This document shows positions 48,584-57,373 of a stretch of 64,000 nt of DNA, one piece after another. The notes beneath the pieces are model-generated. The model saw only the letters and a list, made by a program, of their open reading frames with translations, was not told the DNA's origin and ran no database searches. Positions within the stretch are counted from its first letter, which is position 1, and each line of letters opens with the position of its first letter. Location: positions 8,908-72,907 of the forward strand of contig PJMF01000012.1 in NCBI GenBank assembly GCA_003173865.1, read 5' to 3'. Made by a program: the position numbers and the translations under genes. Source of the DNA: Minisyncoccota bacterium (GTDB taxonomy: Bacteria > Patescibacteriota > Microgenomatia > UBA1400 > PJMF01).

Positions 48584-51277
48584 ATGAGTAGTAACAAAGG
48601 AACTGCGGAATCTAGGATTCTTGCTTCCAGTGAAATTTTTCATCAAGAAGAGCAGTTAAAGCAGGCGGCAGATAACTTATCTAAACGTTGTTTTAATGCA
48701 ATGTTTAACAGAGCCGTTCAAACATCTGGAAATCTTCAAGAAACAAAGCTACCTAAAAAAGGCCAAAAAGGCGAATCTATTCAAGCAAAGCCTATGCTGG
48801 GATACCGTCGACCAGGCGAGTTTTTTTCTGTCCAAGGTATAGATTCTCAGCAAGAACTTGAAGCTATTTTTAATAGTCTTATTCTCAATGCCCTGCGTAA
48901 ACTCGCAGCGGAAGCAACAACTCCCGAAGAGCGAAAATTGAAAACCGAAATGCTAGGGATGGTGTTACCCGATTTTATTAGAGCATTAGTTTTAGATGGC
49001 GAGTTCATTGATCATATTCATGCAGATGATATTTCAAACATAGTAGATATTGCTTTAGATTGGTTCCTCCATCCGGAATTAGTCTCTCTGACACAAATTA
49101 AAATCGGTTTTGGAGGTAATGAGGAAGCGAACAGTCGTATGCCTGCTTATCCAATCAGTGCAATTCGTACTGCCGAAAGAGTCCAAGAAACTTTTGGTAG
49201 ACATCGAAACTGGGCGCTCTTAAAAGAGTTATATAAACTGACCGAAAAATCTGAAGACATTCGCCAGGCTTTAGAACTACACACAGAAGAATTTCTTTTT
49301 GTGAAAAGACAGGATGATGCTTCAATACCAACTCACGATTCAAGTACATACAGTGAGTTTGTACGAGACGAGCTTGCGAACTGTCAATATGTACGTGTTC
49401 AAGATGTTACTATGATCTTGCTAAAAACTTTTGCAGCTCTTGGTCACCCTTTAACCGAAAAAGAACAGGTTTCTCTGGCCCAAAAATATCACTTCACGGA
49501 CCAAACTCCTACTTTAGTATTTTTTAATGCTGCTCACGCAGCAATTACTATTAACTCGATGAATCGAGAGGCGGTCTTACAAACCCGCGAATACAACAAA
49601 GCTTTGATCACTGCCTACATGTCGGAATTTCATCCAGATCTTCCTATGCCTATATTTCAAAATGATCGAGATTGGAGTGAACATGACTCTTTCACCAAAC
49701 TCATGATTCTCTATGCCCAATTTGTCATTGAAAGTCATAGAGACGAAATGGGTGGAGTCGATGATCAGTTAGAGTCATTTGAAGCAAATCACCGTCAGAA
49801 TGCAAAAAGTACTCATTATGGAATGAATCCTGCCAAAATTTACGGATCTCTTCATCCATATTTCTTTGGTGATTCTCCCAATACCGAGAGCGGTGACCAA
49901 CTTCCTTTCAACAACGTGATGACTCCTCTTTTCCAACCTCGTCATATCGTTGGCCATCAAGGTGTCCCTGAGGTTACTTTTGGTGTCTATAGAGACGTTT
50001 TCAAAAGACATGCCAATCTACGAGATCTAGTGGAATGGTTAAAAAGAACAGAAAATTTGTCAAAAACATCCCTCTCTCAACTAGCAATAGAAGTTGATAC
50101 AAAGGTCATGGAAGCAGAAACACCTTCTTATGGCAAGAGGTTAATCGACTATATCACTAAAAAGGTGATGCCAGAAGCCAATATTGTTTCAACATCCAAA
50201 AACAAATTGCTGGAGAAGGCAAAGCATTTAAGGAATGAAGAGAACTCAGAAGTAGCCAGACAAGAATGGCTCTCCTTTTGTGCAGAACTTCAGTCTGAAG
50301 ATATTTTTGCTAAAACTGGAGTGACTGCTGACGAAGTAAGTAATGCGTTAATTCAAGTTCAAACTTGGCAGAGTGAAGCAAGAAATTTAAACGAACGTCT
50401 CTTTGCAACTACTGACCCAGATCAGCGTTTTGAAATCACAGAGCAATTGGCCGATTCATCTATTCCTATTCCAGTGCGAAGCACTGTGCGTATTGGAACA
50501 TCTGTGGGAAAACATGCCACTTATTATCTCAAAGAAGGTGATACACCTTTAGAAGGTTTCCACTCGGCTGATCAAATTTCATTAGTAAACTATACTCAAC
50601 GCTTTACTGCTGCAAGTTTGAATAAGCGCACTTTAGAAGGAACTGTTCCTTACACACAAAAAAATGTCTTGCCTGCTCTCATTGATAGTGACACCTCAAG
50701 AGGATGGGATATTTTTGCAGCCGCTTTAGCCGATCAATTGGGAACTATCTTTGGTGAAGAAGTATTTGCTCAATGGATGTCGGAAGACGTTGATAAAATG
50801 GCGAATCTTTATCGAGGCTCTGTTCAGGAAGAGCTAACATTTCAAGGAGATAAAGTAGAAAAAGCATCTCACGTTCATAATTTTCTTAGTCAAGGTATTC
50901 AAAACATCGCAGAAGAAAGAATTCAGGTCATCTTGGATGAAGCAGCACATCAAGGTATTACTTTAGAAACTCAGGGAGTCCGCCACTATGTATGGTCCGC
51001 CTTAGTTGGCTCATGGACCACTGAAGGTGGTAAGCAAGCGATTACTGATTCAGAAGTCATTGTCGACGAGATTCGAAGCACTATGTCCGACTTTATGGTC
51101 ATACTTCACGATGTCGCTCAGGCAAAAGGATATCATGGTTCTTCTGAAGAATTGGCCAAGGATGCTGGATGGATTGCTCTAGCAGAAAGAGAGTATCAAA
51201 AGGTAATGAGAAAAATATTCGCTGAGGATCAAGTAAACAGCGACGCTGTGCTGTTTGCTGCTGTGGCTGAGATTTAA
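48584..51277 (+). CDS. Large hypothetical protein (897 aa) with a possible Rossmann/HUP-like core interrupted by helical inserts
   Basis: Long ORF with RBS AGAAAGG; motifs IKIGFGG, LVFFNAAHAA, YGSLHP, IVGHQGVPEVTF and TYY. Confidence 0.8.
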   Translation: MSSNKGTAESRILASSEIFHQEEQLKQAADNLSKRCFNAMFNRAVQTSGNLQETKLPKKGQKGESIQAKPMLGYRRPGEFFSVQGIDSQQELEAIFNSLILNALRKLAAEATTPEERKLKTEMLGMVLPDFIRALVLDGEFIDHIHADDISNIVDIALDWFLHPELVSLTQIKIGFGGNEEANSRMPAYPISAIRTAERVQETFGRHRNWALLKELYKLTEKSEDIRQALELHTEEFLFVKRQDDASIPTHDSSTYSEFVRDELANCQYVRVQDVTMILLKTFAALGHPLTEKEQVSLAQKYHFTDQTPTLVFFNAAHAAITINSMNREAVLQTREYNKALITAYMSEFHPDLPMPIFQNDRDWSEHDSFTKLMILYAQFVIESHRDEMGGVDDQLESFEANHRQNAKSTHYGMNPAKIYGSLHPYFFGDSPNTESGDQLPFNNVMTPLFQPRHIVGHQGVPEVTFGVYRDVFKRHANLRDLVEWLKRTENLSKTSLSQLAIEVDTKVMEAETPSYGKRLIDYITKKVMPEANIVSTSKNKLLEKAKHLRNEENSEVARQEWLSFCAELQSEDIFAKTGVTADEVSNALIQVQTWQSEARNLNERLFATTDPDQRFEITEQLADSSIPIPVRSTVRIGTSVGKHATYYLKEGDTPLEGFHSADQISLVNYTQRFTAASLNKRTLEGTVPYTQKNVLPALIDSDTSRGWDIFAAALADQLGTIFGEEVFAQWMSEDVDKMANLYRGSVQEELTFQGDKVEKASHVHNFLSQGIQNIAEERIQVILDEAAHQGITLETQGVRHYVWSALVGSWTTEGGKQAITDSEVIVDEIRSTMSDFMVILHDVAQAKGYHGSSEELAKDAGWIALAEREYQKVMRKIFAEDQVNSDAVLFAAVAEI

Positions 51278-51307
51278 TATTTGATCGTGCTAAAATGAGA
51301 CATTTGT

Positions 51308-52429
51308 ATGAAAACAGACATCATTGAAGTATTGACTAAGCTTGTTTCATTCCAAACAGTGTCAGCTACAAGTGATCAAGAAAAAAACGCATTCCACGCT
51401 CAGCAATTTGTTGAAGCACACGAATACATCAAGCATTTATTTCAAGACACTCCCTTAATTGTTGAGACTATTGAAACTGCTGGTAAAAAAACTCTTACTG
51501 TTTCAAATAAAAAAACGATCGCTCCTGATATTGCAATGATTGTGCATTTAGACGTAGTCCCAGCCGGGGAGAGCTTATGGACAATGCGACAAGAGGGCGA
51601 TAGGCTCTTTGGTCGAGGCGTTTCCGACATGAAGGGCAGTATTACCGCCTGTTTAATAGTGATGAGAGAATTAGTAAAAATGAAATCAAATGATTTGCCT
51701 TCAGTCATGTTAATTATCACCCCCGACGAAGAAATCGGTGGTGCCTCAATGAAATTTCTACGTGACAAATTAAAATACTCTCCTCAATTTGTGCTTTGTC
51801 CTGACGGCGGTTATGGGTGGAAAATGGTTACGAATGCAAAAGGATGCCTACAGTTTCACTTTCAAACAACTGGAAAATCTGCTCACGCCTCACGACTCGC
51901 TGAAGGAGTGAATGCAGCAGAACCCCTGATTGAATTGTACCAGCAGCTACGTCGTGTTTTTCCCCATCAAAACGAAGCAGCTTGGGAAACAACAACTTTT
52001 AATTTAGGAGCCTTTCATACAGGTCAAGCCGCTAATCAAGTTCCAGATTTGGCAGAAATGAAGCTAGACTTTCGTTTCACTAATCAAAGTGAACGAGCGC
52101 TAATTGAGAAAGAACTCCAATCTGCAATCAACGCAAGTCCGTTAGAAATTAAAACTCTATCAGTCGTTGATGGTCATTTTTTTGAATCCAATCCTAATCA
52201 TCAAATCACGAAAAAATTCCTTTATTGTGTAGAAAAAGTGATCGGCAAACAGATTGAATTTGTAAAAGAGTACGGTGCTTCTGACGCAAGGTTCTTTACA
52301 GACGTGCCAACAGTTGTTTTGATCGGAGACGGGAAATATCATCATTCTTCAAAAGAAGAAATGTCTTTAACGAGTTTGGAACAATATGCCGAAGCAGTAC
52401 TAACATTTATTAAGAGTTATCGCCAATAA
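51308..52429 (+). CDS. M20 family metallopeptidase/deacylase (ArgE/DapE-like)
   Basis: HLDVVP, GRGVSDMKG, DEEIGG, GKSAHAS, NQVPD, GASDARFF and HS..E motifs. Confidence 0.93.
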   Translation: MKTDIIEVLTKLVSFQTVSATSDQEKNAFHAQQFVEAHEYIKHLFQDTPLIVETIETAGKKTLTVSNKKTIAPDIAMIVHLDVVPAGESLWTMRQEGDRLFGRGVSDMKGSITACLIVMRELVKMKSNDLPSVMLIITPDEEIGGASMKFLRDKLKYSPQFVLCPDGGYGWKMVTNAKGCLQFHFQTTGKSAHASRLAEGVNAAEPLIELYQQLRRVFPHQNEAAWETTTFNLGAFHTGQAANQVPDLAEMKLDFRFTNQSERALIEKELQSAINASPLEIKTLSVVDGHFFESNPNHQITKKFLYCVEKVIGKQIEFVKEYGASDARFFTDVPTVVLIGDGKYHHSSKEEMSLTSLEQYAEAVLTFIKSYRQ

Positions 52430-53381
52430 GGGTGAGAAAATTTGGCATCAAAACCTCGCGAGGTCTATTCGTTTTTCTTTCCCAGATCTGTCTTTGAAGG
52501 TCAGCCAATCCCTGCGTACCACGTTCTTGAGTAATGGCTTGAGCTCTTAATAAAACTATTGCTGCGAGCATCGCATTCGTTATTTCAGGATGATTTTGAA
52601 CAGAGACAATGGGCCTATCTTTATAACTCAGCATTTGATTCTTGCCGGCACAATTAGATGCAAGTACATCGGCATTTTTGGGTTTTTGAGAAACATGTTG
52701 CGAATGAGTCGCTGAAATAGTGAGAGAATCTCCTTCATAACAATGAAGTAAAGGTTCCGATTTCGCCCTTTCAGTCAGTTGAATATCAACAGGGCCAATC
52801 TCCCGTTCTCTATTACCTCCAGTAGAAGTCATCCAAGAAACCTCTCCGCCCTGACAAAACGCAAACAACTGATGACTAAAACAAATGAGTAAACTCGGAG
52901 TTTGACTTAACGACAACACTTTATCAAAAGCAAGTACCCGTCTAATCCAAGGAGCATCCTGATGATGCATATCATGGATTGTTGTGACCATTGCCTCGGA
53001 TCCAGACATAATCACCCCATCGTACTCTTCCAACTGACGAGGAGGAGATGTTTCACCCTGACTTGCATGCCATACTTCAAAACGCTCATCATGTGGACTA
53101 AAACCAAGTTGGTAACGAAAAATATCGGAAACCGTATGATTACCCGAATGACCTACAGCGCCTATTTCGAGTAATTTTCTGCGCTCAGAGTTGAGTGGAG
53201 CAAAAAGACCATTTCCCCACCGTAATGCTAACTCTACAAACAAGATTTTAGATTGAGTCCTCAATTTATCGGCAACAACTCTTATCATTTCACGATGATG
53301 TGTTTCAGTATCTGCAATCTCTTCCTCACAACATTGTTTCTCTTGCTGAGTTAATGGAGAACTTATTTCTGCGAATGCCAT
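52410..53381 (-). CDS. Type 1 glutamine amidotransferase-like hydrolase (standalone, GMP-synthase-like/gamma-glutamyl peptidase type)
   Basis: GVIMSGS, LICFSHQ (nucleophile Cys), EIG, HSQHV and QNHPE (His-x-Glu) motifs. Confidence 0.85.
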   Translation of the reverse strand: MAFAEISSPLTQQEKQCCEEEIADTETHHREMIRVVADKLRTQSKILFVELALRWGNGLFAPLNSERRKLLEIGAVGHSGNHTVSDIFRYQLGFSPHDERFEVWHASQGETSPPRQLEEYDGVIMSGSEAMVTTIHDMHHQDAPWIRRVLAFDKVLSLSQTPSLLICFSHQLFAFCQGGEVSWMTSTGGNREREIGPVDIQLTERAKSEPLLHCYEGDSLTISATHSQHVSQKPKNADVLASNCAGKNQMLSYKDRPIVSVQNHPEITNAMLAAIVLLRAQAITQERGTQGLADLQRQIWERKTNRPREVLMPNFLTLIGDNS

Positions 53382-53384
53382 ACA

Positions 53385-54494
53385 TTAATCCAATATTAGT
53401 TTCTCTACCGTATATTTCTTCAGTTTCATTTCATCGACTTCAAAACCCAACCCAGGCGCTGTCGGCACTTGAATATTTCCCTCGAGGTCAACAGTAAAAC
53501 TGTCTTTTACCAAATCATCTTTGTAGTAAAAACTATTTGGAGACATGTCTGCGGGATCAATAAAGTTCGGCAACGAAGCAACTGCAATGTTAAACGCTCG
53601 TCCAATACCTGTCTCAAGCATGCCACCACACCATACCCCCACATGTTGGGCTTGGCAAAGATCGTGAATTTTTTTACTTTCTAAAATACCGCCTACACGA
53701 CCGGGTTTGATGTTAATAATTTTGCAAGCACCAAGAAAAAGTGCTTTACGTGCATCTTCCACTGACAAAATGCTTTCATCTAAACAAATTGGTGTTTTAA
53801 TTTGCTTTTGCAGCACAGAGTGATCGACAATGTCGTCATCTCCAAGTGGTTGCTCGATCATTGTCAGATTATATTGATCAAGTTCTTTAAAAATCTCGAT
53901 CTGGTCGAGTGTAAACACAGAGTTTGCATCAACCATCAAGGGAACGTCACCAAACCTCGCACGCACTGCTTTGACCAGCTTGACGTCCCAACCAGGCTTA
54001 ATTTTCAGCTTCATACGCTGATACCCTTGAGAAATTCTTAACTCAATTTCTTCCAAAGTCGCCTCAATAGAATCCTTAATCCCAATACTTTCTCCTGCTC
54101 CAATCTTTGCGCGCGTGCCACCAAGCAAAGCCGACAGAGAACGTTCTTCTTGCAAAGACTGGACCATCAATAATGCTGTCTCTAAACCTGTTTTCGCAAA
54201 ATTATGTTTTTTAATAATTTTTAATTCATCCATGACCGCTTGGACTGTGGTGAACTCCTTATTCAAGACGAGCGGCGCAATATAATCGCGCAACACTAAC
54301 ATACAAATATCAGTCGTATCTGGCTTATAAAATGGATACGGCATTGCAGCGGCTTCCCCATATCCAATGAGTCCATCTGCCATTTCAACTTGAACGATCA
54401 CGGTGGCTTTACTTTCCAATTTCCACGAGCTCACTGCAAAAGAAGTGACCATCGGCACATCGACTTTGTAGAGAGTAATTTTTTTTATTTTCAT
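53385..54494 (-). CDS. menC: o-succinylbenzoate synthase / N-acylamino acid racemase (NSAR/OSBS subfamily, enolase superfamily)
   Basis: KLKIK, VDAN, IEQP, LDES, NIKPGRVGG and WCGGMLETGIG motifs; no other men genes are in the window. Confidence 0.9.
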   Translation of the reverse strand: MKIKKITLYKVDVPMVTSFAVSSWKLESKATVIVQVEMADGLIGYGEAAAMPYPFYKPDTTDICMLVLRDYIAPLVLNKEFTTVQAVMDELKIIKKHNFAKTGLETALLMVQSLQEERSLSALLGGTRAKIGAGESIGIKDSIEATLEEIELRISQGYQRMKLKIKPGWDVKLVKAVRARFGDVPLMVDANSVFTLDQIEIFKELDQYNLTMIEQPLGDDDIVDHSVLQKQIKTPICLDESILSVEDARKALFLGACKIINIKPGRVGGILESKKIHDLCQAQHVGVWCGGMLETGIGRAFNIAVASLPNFIDPADMSPNSFYYKDDLVKDSFTVDLEGNIQVPTAPGLGFEVDEMKLKKYTVEKLILD

Positions 54495-56053
54495 GAAATG
54501 ACAACCTCTCGTAATTGAATTAATTCTCTGAGTGCACGTTCTAGAGACATTGTTTTTTGTTTTTCATTTACAAAAGCGAGGGCTCGATCAGCACCATTTT
54601 GTTTTTGTTGTAACACCCACTGTGGATAAGCCAAGAAAGTTTGCTCTTCTGTAGATAATCCTTCGGCAGCTAAATCCAGGATTCTTTGTGTAAATGTATA
54701 AACCGAAAGATCCTCTACTACTCCGTCTAATCCTTGTTCAATAGCTACATCGCGTAACTTACTGAGTTGTCCCCAAGGAAAATGTTCAATGTATTTTTTT
54801 GTTTTATCTAAATTGCGAATTAAGCCAGCTTGCAATGCCGATGGACTTGTTGCCACCGAAAGTGCAATTTCTTTTCCCGCAGCATAAAGCTCTCGATCAG
54901 GAAGATTTGATCCAGGCGCTCTGCCCTCGATATACATAAAATGCGCATGTGCTTCAAAGATTTCTTCTACTTTCATTTGCGAAGTTTCTTTGCACGCTGC
55001 AACAAACTCCGCAACTGGAAAACCATCTTTTTTCAATGAATAACGAATACGACCTCCTGCTTCAAACTGCGCAAACTGCAGTACTTCCATATGCGCAATT
55101 TCTGGCGAAACTTCATACGCTTTAATAGCAGTTCCCGTAATAATCTCCGATAAATTCCGAGCTTTCCAAGTCTTCCCATCTAAATAATCGAGGACTGGTG
55201 GATTCCCATCCACGATCATGATGTCATCTTTTGCGTTTTTGTAACCAACTGCGCTCTGACTTGGCATCACAAAATAAATACCACTATCGCCACCAAACAT
55301 CCATTGAAAATATTGTGCGAGATTTTGAAATGGTTTATCGGGAAAACGAATCAAACGTCGATCACCAGCAACAGTTGACCCACTCATCATGCGCTCCCAC
55401 ATCATCAAACGATTTTCTTTGTATTGAGAAATCTTTCCTTCCTCAAAAGGACTGTTTGCAAAAAGTGCAATATTGGCCGCACTCGCACCGATGATCACAG
55501 TAAGTGCATCAGCTGCTTGAGAAACAGCAACTTGAGTACTGGGACTATTTTGCGCTCGCGCATCAATTCCAGCCGAATGATCCCAACCACGCTGCCACAA
55601 AAAGTCATACACTCCTTTCGGCACGACAAATTTTTTGTATGTCTTCATGTCTCTTGGAGCAAGTGGGTGAATTGATAGATTTATGGCAAAAGCATCTTCA
55701 GCTTGTAACGCCTTTTGAGTAGTTGAAATATCAAGTTGAATCGCTTTATGTAATTCCTGGAGCGTTTCGAATGGTGGCAAAGCTGTCTCTAATAAATTGA
55801 ATCCATTGTCCAAACCTTGCTCACCAAGATCTTGGCTGACAACTCCTACCGCAACTGTTTTCCCTTTTTTATCCTTTAAATTGTGAAGATGATCAAATGT
55901 GTGACGATGACTTGCCTGTTTGCTTAATTCATTAAAAAACACATCAGTAACATGATGAGAACTCCCGTCCTTTTTAGAAACGATAGTTTTCTCAAGTTCA
56001 GCACCAAATTTTTCGTTTTTCTTGACTAATTTTGACACAGGTGATTTTAACAT
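54491..56053 (-). CDS. Glutamate--cysteine ligase / carboxylate-amine ligase family protein
   Basis: GAELE, DNGFNLLE, HP, Q, ALFANSPF, R...W and IEGR motifs; its stop overlaps the menC ATG. Confidence 0.75.
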   Translation of the reverse strand: MLKSPVSKLVKKNEKFGAELEKTIVSKKDGSSHHVTDVFFNELSKQASHRHTFDHLHNLKDKKGKTVAVGVVSQDLGEQGLDNGFNLLETALPPFETLQELHKAIQLDISTTQKALQAEDAFAINLSIHPLAPRDMKTYKKFVVPKGVYDFLWQRGWDHSAGIDARAQNSPSTQVAVSQAADALTVIIGASAANIALFANSPFEEGKISQYKENRLMMWERMMSGSTVAGDRRLIRFPDKPFQNLAQYFQWMFGGDSGIYFVMPSQSAVGYKNAKDDIMIVDGNPPVLDYLDGKTWKARNLSEIITGTAIKAYEVSPEIAHMEVLQFAQFEAGGRIRYSLKKDGFPVAEFVAACKETSQMKVEEIFEAHAHFMYIEGRAPGSNLPDRELYAAGKEIALSVATSPSALQAGLIRNLDKTKKYIEHFPWGQLSKLRDVAIEQGLDGVVEDLSVYTFTQRILDLAAEGLSTEEQTFLAYPQWVLQQKQNGADRALAFVNEKQKTMSLERALRELIQLREVVIS

Positions 56054-56070
56054 ATCTTTGCTTGAATATT

Positions 56071-56098
56071 TTGCTTTTTTAAAAAAATGCTGTACAAT
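56071..56098 (+). promoter_or_regulatory. Sigma70-type promoter of the Phe leader
   Basis: TTGCTT-N16-TACAAT. Confidence 0.65.
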
Positions 56099-56106
56099 TC
56101 TGGGAC

Positions 56107-56178
56107 ATGTCGAGGCATGAAACATTTACTTTTAGTTTTTTCTTTTTTACCAAACTTCCTCAAAGGGAGCTTTGCTAA
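56107..56178 (+). CDS. Phe-rich attenuator leader peptide MSRHETFTFSFFFFTKLPQRELC
   Basis: The ATG lies 8 nt after the -10; 6 Phe in 8 codons; a terminator follows. Confidence 0.8.
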   Translation: MSRHETFTFSFFFFTKLPQRELC

Positions 56179-56201
56179 TTGAACTGAAAAAGCAACGCAA
56201 T

Positions 56202-56225
56202 AACTCCCTAAAAGGGAGTTTTTTT
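56202..56225 (+). terminator. Attenuator terminator
   Basis: AACTCCCT-AAA-AGGGAGTT-TTTTT; the competing pairing is AGGGAG (56164-56169) with CTCCCT (56204-56209). Confidence 0.85.
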
Positions 56226-56244
56226 ATTTTAAAAAGGAGCAAAA

Positions 56245-57174
56245 ATGATTTCAACTCAAGAAGCAACTAGTCAACGAATCTCTGAAATGGCGCAAGTTAT
56301 TAACAACGCGCTATCCGCAACTCAAGAAATGATGCCCAAATTGATTAATAAAACAGTTCCAGTTGAAAATGCCTCAGGAACCGACATTATTATGGGTATC
56401 GGTCTCGTTTCGAACGGCAAAGTGAGCAGGGGCTTAAATCCGAGTGCCATTCCAATGGCCATAGCAGCCACCAATTTGCAGCGTGAAATCCAACAAAATG
56501 ATTATCGAAGCAAAATTAAGGTGTTAATTGCGGACACGTACGCAAAACAATTCCACAGAGAATATATTAATGCTGCTTACGCCGATGACGATGAACTTGA
56601 TCGAGATCCCGTAGCAGAAGCTGCTGTTTCGATCGAGCAAGCTCTAGGATTGCTGTTCATTGCTCTCGGAGCAACCGCAGATGTTGAAATTATTCGCACA
56701 TCGGATCTTGAAACTCCTAATTTTGAAACTTATGAAGAACAAGAAACCTATCACCTCAGTCGCGCTGTTGAAGAAGGTGCCGGTCTCATCGTCGGTTGGT
56801 CAAGCGAACGAGCACCATTGCCAGGAATGCCACCAGTTCGCGATGAAACCGTGTTTCATCGACATATGGATAAAGAACATCCAGATCTTCGCGGTATGTC
56901 AGGGAGGTTATACACCGTCGAAGGCCTTAGTTTAACTGACCAAATAAAAGGTCAGGCTCAATATGTCCCTCCTTACTTCACGACTCGAGTTGAAGCAGCT
57001 CTGGGCACAATTGTCGATTTAGAAGGACTAATAGACAAAAAAAACCAATTAAAAAATTTCTTTAAAGAGGTGGGGAGAGCACTTCGTAAAATTTTGCCAG
57101 GCGAAAAGACGGATGGGAAAGGTGATTTGCAGATCGTTCATGAACTGGTGAGAGAAATCGCTACTCAGGTGTAA
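56245..57174 (+). CDS. Hypothetical protein with a possible class-Ic aaRS/CDPS-like Rossmann fold
   Basis: RBS AAGGAG; motifs IIMGIGL, VLIADTYA, YEEQE, IVGW...DETVF and VPPYF. Confidence 0.8.
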   Translation: MISTQEATSQRISEMAQVINNALSATQEMMPKLINKTVPVENASGTDIIMGIGLVSNGKVSRGLNPSAIPMAIAATNLQREIQQNDYRSKIKVLIADTYAKQFHREYINAAYADDDELDRDPVAEAAVSIEQALGLLFIALGATADVEIIRTSDLETPNFETYEEQETYHLSRAVEEGAGLIVGWSSERAPLPGMPPVRDETVFHRHMDKEHPDLRGMSGRLYTVEGLSLTDQIKGQAQYVPPYFTTRVEAALGTIVDLEGLIDKKNQLKNFFKEVGRALRKILPGEKTDGKGDLQIVHELVREIATQV

Positions 57175-57183
57175 AATCTGCAT

Positions 57184-57211
57184 TTGACTCAGTCCGAAAA
57201 TCACATATAAT
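57184..57211 (+). promoter_or_regulatory. Sigma70 promoter
   Basis: TTGACT-N16-TATAAT. Confidence 0.8.
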
Positions 57212-57221
57212 TTAATGTCAT

Positions 57222-57296
57222 ATGTTTTCAAAGAATTACGTCATTGCTGTTATGCGCCAAGCCCTGCACGCAGGGGGAGGGTTTTGGATTTCGTAA
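57222..57296 (+). CDS. Putative attenuator leader peptide MFSKNYVIAVMRQALHAGGGFWIS
   Basis: First ATG downstream of the predicted +1; the ORF spans the protector and antiterminator segments. Confidence 0.5.
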   Translation: MFSKNYVIAVMRQALHAGGGFWIS

Positions 57297-57322
57297 AAAT
57301 GTAAAACATTTATTTAAAAATC

Positions 57323-57353
57323 AAAACCCCTCTCCAAACCAGAGGGGTTTTTT
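57323..57353 (+). terminator. Attenuator terminator
   Basis: AAAACCCCTCT-CCAAACC-AGAGGGGTTTT-TT; the competing pairing is GAGGGTTTTG (57277-57286) with CAAAACCCCTC (57322-57332). Confidence 0.85.
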
Positions 57354-57373
57354 GTAAAAGGAAGGAGTTAGAA

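Noticed and set aside
53385-54494. Menaquinone biosynthesis inferred from the menC-like gene
   Set aside because: No menF/D/H/E/B/A genes are in the window, and both context and motifs fit the promiscuous NSAR/OSBS subfamily.
54491-56053. Glutathione or ergothioneine biosynthesis
   Set aside because: No gshB or egtB/C/D/E gene is adjacent; the partner amidotransferase is type 1, not the Ntn-type EgtC.
56117-56182. Alternative leader frame MKHLLLVFSFLPNFLKGSFAN
   Set aside because: The ATG 56107 frame sits at the predicted +1 and gives a much clearer Phe run. The GAGG before 56117 is too close to act as an SD. Not fully excluded.
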